Of a stretch of DNA of 64,000 bases, positions 45,450-54,000 are shown piece after piece. Made by a program: the position numbers and the translations under genes. Position 1 is the first letter of the stretch. Every line of letters begins with the position of its first letter. The notes beneath the pieces are model-generated. The model searched no databases. It was not told where the DNA came from and worked only from the letters and a program-made list of their open reading frames with translations. This stretch comes from an uncultured Prolixibacteraceae bacterium. GTDB lineage: Bacteria > Bacteroidota > Bacteroidia > Bacteroidales > FEN-979. Location of the stretch: contig CAYVVG010000007.1 in NCBI GenBank assembly GCA_964455285.1, positions 1,751-65,750 on the forward strand. The letters are read 5' to 3'.

Positions 45450-46228
45450 CAGGAGAGGGTTAAGGTGTGACCCGTGAAAAGAAGCAGGAGGATGATCAGA
45501 CCGACGACAATGCGGTACCAGCCGAACCATTTGAAGCCGTACCGGGTGAGAATGGCAATGAAACTCTTGATGGCAGCCATGGCCACCACGAACGCCACCA
45601 AATTGCCCAGGATCAGCAGACCGAGGTTTTCGCCGGTGATCAGCTTGTAATTCTCAGTCAGCTTGAGGGCCGAGGCTGCGAACATGGTGGGCACCGCCAG
45701 GAAAAAGGAGAACTCGGCGGCCGCCTTGCGGCTCAGCTTCTGGGTCATCCCGCCTACGATGGTGGCGGCCGACCGGCTCACCCCGGGGATCACCGATATG
45801 ATCTGGAACAACCCGATGAGAAACGATTTTTTGCAGGTCAGCGGGGTCTCTGCCCCCGGCACCTGCGGGAACCAGCGGTCGACGAAGATCAGGACGATCC
45901 CGCCCAGCAGCAGGGCCACCGCCACGATCGCCACGCTGCCGAGCATGGCGTCGATCTGTTTCTCCAGCACATAGGCGATCACCAGCGGTAGGCAGGCGAC
46001 GAAGAGCCGGAAATAGAAGTTCCACGACTGGAAAAATCGCTTCCAGTAGAGTACGATGACCGAAAGGATGGCCCCGAACTGGATGTTGACGGTAAAGGCT
46101 TTTACGAATTCGGTGCTTTCAATCCCCAGGATCGACTGGGTAATGATCATGTGACCGGTAGAGGAGATGGGAAGGAATTCGGTGATCCCCTCCACGATGG
46201 CGATGAGGACGGCCTGGAACCAGGTCAT
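45449..46228 (-). CDS. uppP: undecaprenyl-diphosphate phosphatase
   Basis: [17 protein letters not shown] signature with about 8 TM segments. It overlaps the upstream stop by 1 nt. Confidence 0.9.
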   Translation of the reverse strand: MTWFQAVLIAIVEGITEFLPISSTGHMIITQSILGIESTEFVKAFTVNIQFGAILSVIVLYWKRFFQSWNFYFRLFVACLPLVIAYVLEKQIDAMLGSVAIVAVALLLGGIVLIFVDRWFPQVPGAETPLTCKKSFLIGLFQIISVIPGVSRSAATIVGGMTQKLSRKAAAEFSFFLAVPTMFAASALKLTENYKLITGENLGLLILGNLVAFVVAMAAIKSFIAILTRYGFKWFGWYRIVVGLIILLLLFTGHTLTLS

Positions 46229-46533
46229 CAGTCTTTGGGCTTTTTCATGATCGCGAAGATCTCCACCACGTATCCCGCCAGGATCAGGATGGGAGCAAGG
46301 GTGATGCGCTGGAAGCTGAAGATCTCGGGGTTGAACTTGGAGGGATCGTCGGAGCCGCCCCCTGACATGAGCAGGAATCCCACAACGATGAGCGCCAGCC
46401 CGATCAGCATCAGGCGGTAGTTCTCTTTGCCGAAGGCGAACTGCCCGACATTGGACTGTTTCGCGGCGAGGTCGTCGCCTTTGGCCGGTTTCGCCGGTGC
46501 CGTTTGTTTGGTTTGAGCCGGTTTTTTATCCAT
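46228..46533 (-). CDS. small 2-TM membrane protein (DUF3098-like)
   Basis: [10 protein letters not shown]...[26 protein letters not shown]...[25 protein letters not shown]. This is the 3' part of a spurious 417-aa track ORF. From memory, the ftsX / small TM protein / uppP order is conserved in Bacteroidota. Confidence 0.7.
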   Translation of the reverse strand: MDKKPAQTKQTAPAKPAKGDDLAAKQSNVGQFAFGKENYRLMLIGLALIVVGFLLMSGGGSDDPSKFNPEIFSFQRITLAPILILAGYVVEIFAIMKKPKD

Positions 46534-46577
46534 GACAAGGGGAATTGAGGAGCAAAAGTAGGGATAATTTGCGTATG

Positions 46578-47453
46578 TCAGGTGTACAATAAGTCGGTGC
46601 GCAGGCGCAGGTACTTGCGCACGGCCAGCCGGGTCGAGATCCAGGAGATCGCCATGCCGAGCAGCGGGATGGCGCCGGCGATCACCGCCAGGACCAGCGG
46701 GTCCTCCAACTCTGCCAGTTCCGGGATGCGGTCGAGGGCAAGCCAGGTCACCCCCATGAGCGCGAGCAGGGCGAAAAAGGCGCTGATCAATCCGTGCAGC
46801 AGGCTGCGGTAAAGCAGGGGCCGGCGGATGAAACCTTCGGTGGCGCCCACCAGTTGCATGCTGCGGATGATGAACCGGCGTGCGTACACGGCCAGCCGGA
46901 TGGTGTTGTTGATCAGCACGATGGCGATGAAGAGCAGGATGGCGCCGAAGCCCAGCAGCAGAAAACTGATCTTCTCGATGTTGCGGTTGATGGCATCGAC
47001 CAGCGACGGTTGGTAGAACACCTCCTTCACCCCGGGCAGGGCCAGCAGTTTCTTTTCGATCTTCCGGGCCGAGTCGGGGCGGGCCCAGGGTGCGTTGATG
47101 CGCATCTCGATGGAGGAGAGCAGGGGATTGTATCCGAGAAAACCGGTGAAATCCTCTCCCAGTTCGGTCTTTAACCTTTCGGCCGCCTTCTCGCGCGAAA
47201 GGTATTCGCACGATTTGACGAAGGGCTGCAGATCGAGCATCTTCTTGATCTGCAGGATCTCCGGTTCCCGCACACCTTCGCGGATCATGACGGAGAAACC
47301 GATGTTCTCGCGGACATGATCGGAAAGGATGCGGGCGTGCAGCAGGATCATCCCCGCAAGACCGGTGAGGAACAGCACCAGGGTGATGCTGATGACCGTG
47401 GTGACCTGCGATGCGGCGATGCGGCGGCGGTAGTAACGCTGTTCGTGGCTCAT
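46578..47453 (-). CDS. ftsX: cell-division ABC permease-like protein FtsX
   Basis: 291 aa with one N-terminal TM, a periplasmic domain and three C-terminal TMs (..ISFLLLGFGAILLFIAIVLINNTIRLAVYARRFIIRSMQLVGAT..), the typical FtsX pattern. Confidence 0.85.
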   Translation of the reverse strand: MSHEQRYYRRRIAASQVTTVISITLVLFLTGLAGMILLHARILSDHVRENIGFSVMIREGVREPEILQIKKMLDLQPFVKSCEYLSREKAAERLKTELGEDFTGFLGYNPLLSSIEMRINAPWARPDSARKIEKKLLALPGVKEVFYQPSLVDAINRNIEKISFLLLGFGAILLFIAIVLINNTIRLAVYARRFIIRSMQLVGATEGFIRRPLLYRSLLHGLISAFFALLALMGVTWLALDRIPELAELEDPLVLAVIAGAIPLLGMAISWISTRLAVRKYLRLRTDLLYT

Positions 47454-47486
47454 GGCGGAATAGAGGGGTAAAGGTAAACAAATTTT

Positions 47487-47672
47487 GTAACGGGTGACGG
47501 GTGATATATCTACGATCTATGATGTGCGATCTACGATCTGATGAGGCAATAGGGAATAGGCAACAGGCAATAGTTGCCAGTCAACAGTCTACAGTCGGCA
47601 GTCGCCAGTCTTACTCTGTTACTTTGTCACTCTGTCACTTTGTTATTCTGTCACTTTGTTACTCTGTCACTC
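47487..47672. repeat. composite mosaic STR element: blocks A(GTRACGG) B(ATCTAYG) C(nAGGCAA) D(CAGTCnn) E(ACTYTGTY)
   Basis: 18 consecutive heptads (47487-47612) run in one unbroken register across four motif blocks, followed by 7.5 octamers (47613-47672). The element fills almost the whole gap between the ftsX start (47453) and the stop codon of the 454-aa gene (47671-47673). Confidence 0.95.
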
Positions 47673-49035
47673 AATAGAGTATGATCTTTGAGGTCAGATT
47701 TAATCTGCCGTCGCGGCTAGTAACACGAACCACGTAAAACCCGTCGGGGATTCCTGCCCGTGAAAGAGAATAGGGATCCGTTTGGATGCCGCTGCGAAAA
47801 ATCTCCCGTCCGGTGCAATCATAAAGGGAAAGTTCTGCCGATTCTCCGGAGGCAATTCCTGTCACTTTGATCACACAGCCGTCTGTGGCTGGGTTGGGGG
47901 CGATTGACAGGGCCGGCAAGGTGTCCGCCGGCGTTTCATTGACATCGAGCAGCAATTCAGAACAGTCGGATGCAAGTGGCGTTCCCCAGGTTTCATTGCC
48001 TTTGCGGTAATACACCAGCCGCCAGTCATAAGTGACAGTTATCCATTGCTGGTTTGGATCCTGGATGAGATATTGATTGAAAAAGCGGGTCTGTCCCAGC
48101 CCTTCGGCATATTCATAATACGGTTTATTATCATTGTAACTCCAACAGTTGGATGAGGGCAGATTCTTTATGTAATAGTTCACATAAAACCTTTTCTTTG
48201 GATGGTTATTGAAACCGCCACTGTAGCGCAGAAACAGATCGCAAGCAGTAGAGGATTTAGGTTCAAATTCGAAAGGCTGCCGGTAAAACGAAGAATAAAA
48301 ATCATGATTGTGGAGGATGATCGTGTCGGCAGTCGTATCATGATTGTTGTAATAGGTAATGGGCGGAAAATTCATTGAATGAGAACAACGGTCGGTCAGG
48401 TAAACGATTGTGTCACCGGTCGCCGACATGCTCTTTGAAAGGATAATGCGGATTTCCCGAATACCAGTCGCACCCAGTGTGCAACCTGCGTAGTAATCCG
48501 TGTGAAACTCATCCCCGACATTAAAATCGTATGCATCCCCGATCGGGAAATCCTGGAGCCCGATCGGCGGGGTGCATTTTCCCGATAAGGTCCTGGGAAT
48601 AGTATCCTTGGGGAAAAGAACCATGTCGAAAACGTGGGTCAAACCGTAATTCTTTGATAAGATGATCTTTTTGTCATTGATGATATGCGCGATGTTCTGG
48701 TTCATCCCGTTTTTCGCCTGGAGAGAGATCACCTTTACCTGGTCTGTCACACCGCACACGGAATCGGTCCTGATTTCAGCTATCGTGGCCTGAATGTACC
48801 CGGCCAGGGGCAACGATGCCATTTTCCATGATTGGTTTAAACCGGCATCGCATTTCAGAAAGATGGAATCTCCCTCATGGTTGAAAAAAACGAACGTTCC
48901 ACCGGCCTTCCCGAGTACTTTATTGCCGAGTATCGACCCGTTCCAGATATCATAACACCATTGGCCCGAAGTGAACTTCCGGAAAGTATTGTATGAGTAA
49001 AACATCGTATCGGAGGGATTCCCCGGAACTGCCAC
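47671..49035 (-). CDS. T9SS-CTD protein, apparently lacking an N-terminal signal peptide (possibly 5'-truncated)
   Basis: CTD LSIAPNPATDGCVIKV...GFYVVRVTSRDGRLNLTSKIILY. The ORF opens with GTG (MAVPGNPSD..). The in-frame upstream sequence ..AQCGRLSIICTPGITSWEDP.. is closed by a TGA at 49132-49134 without an ATG. No signal peptide appears in any frame up to 49228. Confidence 0.6.
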   Translation of the reverse strand: MAVPGNPSDTMFYSYNTFRKFTSGQWCYDIWNGSILGNKVLGKAGGTFVFFNHEGDSIFLKCDAGLNQSWKMASLPLAGYIQATIAEIRTDSVCGVTDQVKVISLQAKNGMNQNIAHIINDKKIILSKNYGLTHVFDMVLFPKDTIPRTLSGKCTPPIGLQDFPIGDAYDFNVGDEFHTDYYAGCTLGATGIREIRIILSKSMSATGDTIVYLTDRCSHSMNFPPITYYNNHDTTADTIILHNHDFYSSFYRQPFEFEPKSSTACDLFLRYSGGFNNHPKKRFYVNYYIKNLPSSNCWSYNDNKPYYEYAEGLGQTRFFNQYLIQDPNQQWITVTYDWRLVYYRKGNETWGTPLASDCSELLLDVNETPADTLPALSIAPNPATDGCVIKVTGIASGESAELSLYDCTGREIFRSGIQTDPYSLSRAGIPDGFYVVRVTSRDGRLNLTSKIILY

Positions 49036-49228
49036 CGCAGAATCGAGCCGGAAGGAAGAGATGTTCTTATTCGGATCTTCCCAGGAGGTGATCCCGGGTG
49101 TGCAGATGATTGAGAGGCGACCGCATTGGGCTCATTCCTTGAGAGTATTTTGTCAAATATAACCATAATATTGTTCTTCGCGTTTCTTCGTGCAGCCACT
49201 TCCCCGGGGATCCATTCGATCAGTTGTG

Positions 49229-49378
49229 GTAACAGGGTAAAAGAGTGACAGAGTGACAAAGTAACAAAGTGACAGAGTAAGACTGGCGACTGTAGACAGT
49301 AGACTGGCAATTATTGCCTGCTGCCTACTGCCTATTGCCTCATCAGATCGTAGATCGTAAATCGTACATCGTAAATCC
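49229..49378. repeat. composite mosaic STR element, inverted copy (E' D' C' B')
   Basis: 6.5 octamers GTRACARA (49229-49280) are followed by 14 in-register heptads (49281-49378): gactggc.. / gcctnnt.. / nagatcg... It ends 2 nt before the stop codon (49381-49383) of the 547-aa gene. Its reverse complement is collinear with 47508-47672. Confidence 0.95.
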
Positions 49379-49380
49379 CT

Positions 49381-51000
49381 TCACCTCACCACCACCTTCC
49401 CGCTTGCCACGGTTTGGTCGTGGTACGACAACCGGATGAGGTACAGGCCCGGCTGCCATCCCGAAACGCTTAAGGTGACCTCTTTTTCGCCGTATTTCAG
49501 TTCCCGCGTAAAGCGTTGCCGGCCGAACAGGTCGAACACCGCCAATGTGGTGGCCTCCCACCGTGCCCGCCAGGTGGTGATGCTGAAAGCCGTTGTTTTC
49601 TGTGTTGTTTTGATTTGGTTGGGCAAAACAATATGAAGCACATCCTCCGCCGGGTTCGGGAATATCAGTATCTCCGTGCGCTCATCCTCAGCCTGTTGCT
49701 CCTCCGTGCCAACCAGCACGCAGTTCAATGGAATGGTATCTGAGGGGATGGGATGAGGACACAGACTGTCGTAAGTGAACGGCCGGGTGTAAATGGAATC
49801 AAACTCCAGATTGGAGTTGAATTTATAGGCCTGGGTGGTCCATGTGCTATTTTTAAAACCTCCAACCAGTAATAACTTATTGTCAAATGTAGAAACTCCA
49901 TCGCCGAACATGTATTGATTTACAAACAAAGGTTTATCAATAAGGATGTCGCCATTTTGATTGCATTTGACAACTCCGACCATCCCATCTAACGTTGAGG
50001 TAAGCGTATCCGTCCATCCATAACCGAGGGCCAGGGTTGAATCGGCGAACCAGTTGATGGTGGAACAGGCGCCCATTTTGGATAAAGGAAAGATATCGTG
50101 GTAGCTGAGTTCATTCCCGCTTGAATCTGTTTTCATCATACAGGGTTTATCTCCAGCATTGGTCCCGCCAATGACGATATGCCGGCCGGCGGTATAGATT
50201 GTCCCATGGTTATCGGAAACAGAGCTATATGATTCTCCATAGAAATTCTCACTATTGATCAATGACCAGGGAAGTTCCCATTCCGCCGTACCGGTACTGT
50301 CTGTTTTGATGACGAACGGGCGAAGGTAATAAGGTGTCGAACTCCCCGGATCAGGATAATAGCAAAACCCTGAGATAATAAAGTGAAAATCAGAAGTCAA
50401 ATAGAGATCTTCGCCTTGCTCAAATTTAATATCTGTACTGGTCTGGCCATATAGATTTTTCCAGAGTAAATCTCCATTGTTATCCAGGCGATAAAGCCAG
50501 ACACGTTCGTGAATGGGATCATCACCATAGGAATAAATAAGAGCAATATAACCACCAGGAATCGGCCAAATTGCCTGACCCCATTCATCATTTGGATTTG
50601 GGGTGTTATAAATGCGGCACCATTCAGGTTCTGCGCATTTATTCAATTTCATAATGAAGGGATTATGTTGATTTGTTTGCTCTCCTGTGATTCCTGTCAA
50701 GATAATACCATCGTCGTATGTTTGATTGATATCCCGGATATCCGTAACATCATTTACATTTGAAACCGTCTTATACCACAGCATCTCACCGTTAATATCT
50801 GTTTTAATGATCATACCTTTTTTTGGTATTACACCTGAAACAAAGCCACCACCAATGACATACCCCTTATCATAGCCTTCAAATACTCCGCCGAACCAAT
50901 TTGACCTATTCAGAAAATAAATCTTATGCCATTCTTGGGCTTCAAGCCCGAGTGCCGACATTAAAATAAATAAAGAAAATAATGGAGTAATTTGTTTCAT
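49381..51000 (-). CDS. T9SS-secreted hypothetical protein (low-GC body, GC-rich CTD)
   Basis: Start at the ATG at 51000 (MKQITPLFSLFILMSALGLEAQ). CTD ILIFPNPAEDVLHIVL...GLYLIRLSYHDQTVASGKVVVR. Confidence 0.8.
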   Translation of the reverse strand: MKQITPLFSLFILMSALGLEAQEWHKIYFLNRSNWFGGVFEGYDKGYVIGGGFVSGVIPKKGMIIKTDINGEMLWYKTVSNVNDVTDIRDINQTYDDGIILTGITGEQTNQHNPFIMKLNKCAEPEWCRIYNTPNPNDEWGQAIWPIPGGYIALIYSYGDDPIHERVWLYRLDNNGDLLWKNLYGQTSTDIKFEQGEDLYLTSDFHFIISGFCYYPDPGSSTPYYLRPFVIKTDSTGTAEWELPWSLINSENFYGESYSSVSDNHGTIYTAGRHIVIGGTNAGDKPCMMKTDSSGNELSYHDIFPLSKMGACSTINWFADSTLALGYGWTDTLTSTLDGMVGVVKCNQNGDILIDKPLFVNQYMFGDGVSTFDNKLLLVGGFKNSTWTTQAYKFNSNLEFDSIYTRPFTYDSLCPHPIPSDTIPLNCVLVGTEEQQAEDERTEILIFPNPAEDVLHIVLPNQIKTTQKTTAFSITTWRARWEATTLAVFDLFGRQRFTRELKYGEKEVTLSVSGWQPGLYLIRLSYHDQTVASGKVVVR

Positions 51001-51075
51001 GTTAATCCGATGATAATAAACCACAAAGTTTCATGATGTGCCTGGCAATTGACTCGGGGTAAATTGAATGATCAA

Positions 51076-54000
51076 CTACCTGGTAAGGGTTACTTTGGCT
51101 TGCTGAAGGGCCTTTCCCTTGGTGTTCAGTGTCACGATATAAACACCCTGGCTCAGATCAACAACCGGAATTACTTTTTGGTCATCCCTTAGTGTTATTG
51201 GTACTATCAGGAGTGTTCTTCCTAAGATGTCAGTTATCTCGATATTGCAACCTGCGCTGATATCTTGCAGATGATACTCCACAATGAAATGAGTGTTTGC
51301 CGGATTGGGATAAACCTTAAGCAGATTTCCTTCAAAATGAAATATAACGCCGCGGTACTTATCCCGTTTCGATGATTTTAAACCGGATTCCGGTAACAGG
51401 ATTGGCTCCGTGTACGTGATTTTCTCTGCAGCGAGAAGAAGGTTTCGGGCAAACGCACTCACTTGCCCCTGGTCTGAATTACTAATGAACAAAAGTGTTT
51501 GCACGTCCGTACTGTCAATATTCAGAACGGCAAGGGTATCCGTCGCAACTTTTTTAACAATTTCAAAAAGATATTCAAATGACTGTTGAGTTTCTTGCTG
51601 TTTTTCATCTAGAGAAAAGGAGACAGGAATCAGCGAAAGGGCATTTAATCCTATCTGATATTCCCCCTGCTGAAAATATGTAGCGACCCTATCATACCAG
51701 GAATCAATAGTATTCCTTTGTAGCAGGATATAGATCAGGCTGTCATTGGCAAACCCGTCCGCTGTATCGTTACGGTAATATCGCAGGAGGTTGTGATAAT
51801 GTTTGCTCCGTTCCTCATTCCAAAAGGCCTTCTGTGATTCAAGGCGCTCTTTGCCGCTGACTGAATCTTCTCCCTGCAGAATCTCCGCCATCAGGTAGTC
51901 GGGCATTGGTATGGTGCGATTCTCCAGCATATCAACCAGCATTTCCGATTTGGCCGAATGCGGATTGGCCACCATGATATCGCGTATCATCGCGTTGCTC
52001 AGTACCTCTTCCTTTTCTATGGCTGTTTGCATCACGGTATCTGACACATAGGGCGATGTGGCCAATAGCTCATCGCGGGTGGGCAATGCTTCAGGAGGGG
52101 TGCTGGTTGCAACTTCCTCAGAGAGGGTTTCGGTAGAACCCCCATCGACAAGTGTATTTAAAATAGTATTGATGCTGTCGGATGCTTCTGCAGATGACAC
52201 CATAGCATCAATTTCTTCATTGCCATTTCCACCCACGCTAATGCTTGATGGACAAGCTAATATCTCATCAAATCCAATGCCAACTGGATATGGGGTAATA
52301 GGTCCATTTGGATAATCAGGCTTAAGACGATATTGAGGCACCTGTACATTATGAAAATAGTAATTAATTAAAGCAAGCCCATTATCCAAATCAAAATGAG
52401 AAGGAAGGGGTGTATAATCGAACATATTACCAGCCGGCCCTGTTGGAGTGGCTGAATTTGTTCCCTGGTTTTCCGCTATCCCGAAGTCTTGTTGATTTGG
52501 AATATTAGGGTCTTTGGTAACGGCGATATCGGAGTAATTGTCGAAGAATTTGTTGCATTTGTAACAAAGACCTTCTTTTGTAACGGCGTTCCGGTTCCGG
52601 TTCTGGGCTATGGTGGCATAGGATAGGTTGGTAAAGGTATTCCGGTAGATCCGGTTGATTTCGGCGGGATTGTTGACAATGGAATTATTGATGATCAATC
52701 CGATGCCGTCGCAGTATTCGCCTTCGGAATAGAAAGTATTTTCCTCCACCTGGTACCCGCCACATTCATTGAGGTACATTCCGTACGTATCGACATATTC
52801 CTCGCCGGGCCGGTAAGACCGGAAATTGCAATTCACCACCGTGGAGTTTGCCGCGCCGCTGGAAGCGCTGATATATAAGCCTTTCACGTTGTCGTAAAAG
52901 TTAGTGTGCCGAATATTGACGTAGGTAAGGCTACCGGAATTCAGAGAGACGACTCCCTTTGAAAGCTTTTCAAACGCAGAAGGGACGGGTTCATTGCAGG
53001 GAACTTCATCCACCAGGCATCCCTCATCCATAATCAGGCGCGAATTATCACAATAAATACCCGTACCGCGTACCGAAAGGGGTACGCTCTCCCAACTCCG
53101 GGTATTTTTAAAGGAACATCCGTAAACGGTAACATCGGCCACGCCATAAGCCTTGATGAAGCAATCGGGCGTCACCGATTCATTCAGCACTGCATTGGTA
53201 ATGAAACTTGAATTCTTGAAATAGGATCGATTGAAATATGTATAGGGGGAAAAGAGGACCGCAACTTTATTGTTGATAAAATTACCATCGGTACACCAAA
53301 TCAAACCCCCGGCATACCTGGGAGCGAATCCGCTTCCGTCGTCCAGCATTTTTCCTGCCAGGATCCCAATCTCGGCATTTTCAATGGTGCCACCGTTGAT
53401 AATTTGAAGCCTTCCCTGGTTGGTCACCGGTATCTGTGCCAGGTCGCGATCGCCCCAAACCTCGATACCTTTCCATAAATAACCACAGTTCTGCGTAATC
53501 CTTCCCCCATTGAGAATCAGTCTTGCACCTTGTTCGATTATGATACGTGAGCCTTTAGGCATATAAAGGGTGCCGGTGACTGTCAATGTATTTGGCGCTT
53601 TAATCTTGAAGCTATTTTCAAGGATACGGTCATTAGACCATGTTTCAGTTGCGGTTACCTCCTGATAAATATTATCGGACGATAACAAATCGGTCTCCCA
53701 CAAACCCCTTCCGAAAGTAGCGGCCACCAGTTTGCCGGTGCATGGGTTTATTTTGATCTCGGTCACCCTCACGTTTGGAATATTGCCATACCGGGTCCAG
53801 TTAGCAGTCGGGGCAGTTTTGACATACACTCCGGCGTCGGTGGCGATGTACAGCCGGTCGTTGGTTCCTTCCTGGTAAACGATTCCGTTGATGGGCAGGT
53901 TAGGGAGCGATCCTGTCGGATCATAATTTGACCAGGAGTACCCGCCGTTCGAGGAATAATATACTTTTAATGTCGGGTAATACCCGGTTAAACTGATCCA

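Noticed and set aside
46228-47481. 417-aa ORF overlapping ftsX out of frame
   Set aside because: Only its last 101 codons (46228..46533) make a plausible 2-TM protein. The remainder is an Arg/Pro/His-rich alternative frame of ftsX.
47487-49378. Interpreting the inverted mosaic elements as the ends of an IS or composite transposon
   Set aside because: No transposase ORF lies between or near the arms, and the arms are tandem-repeat mosaics rather than unique terminal inverted repeats. Kept only as a recombination hypothesis in the findings.
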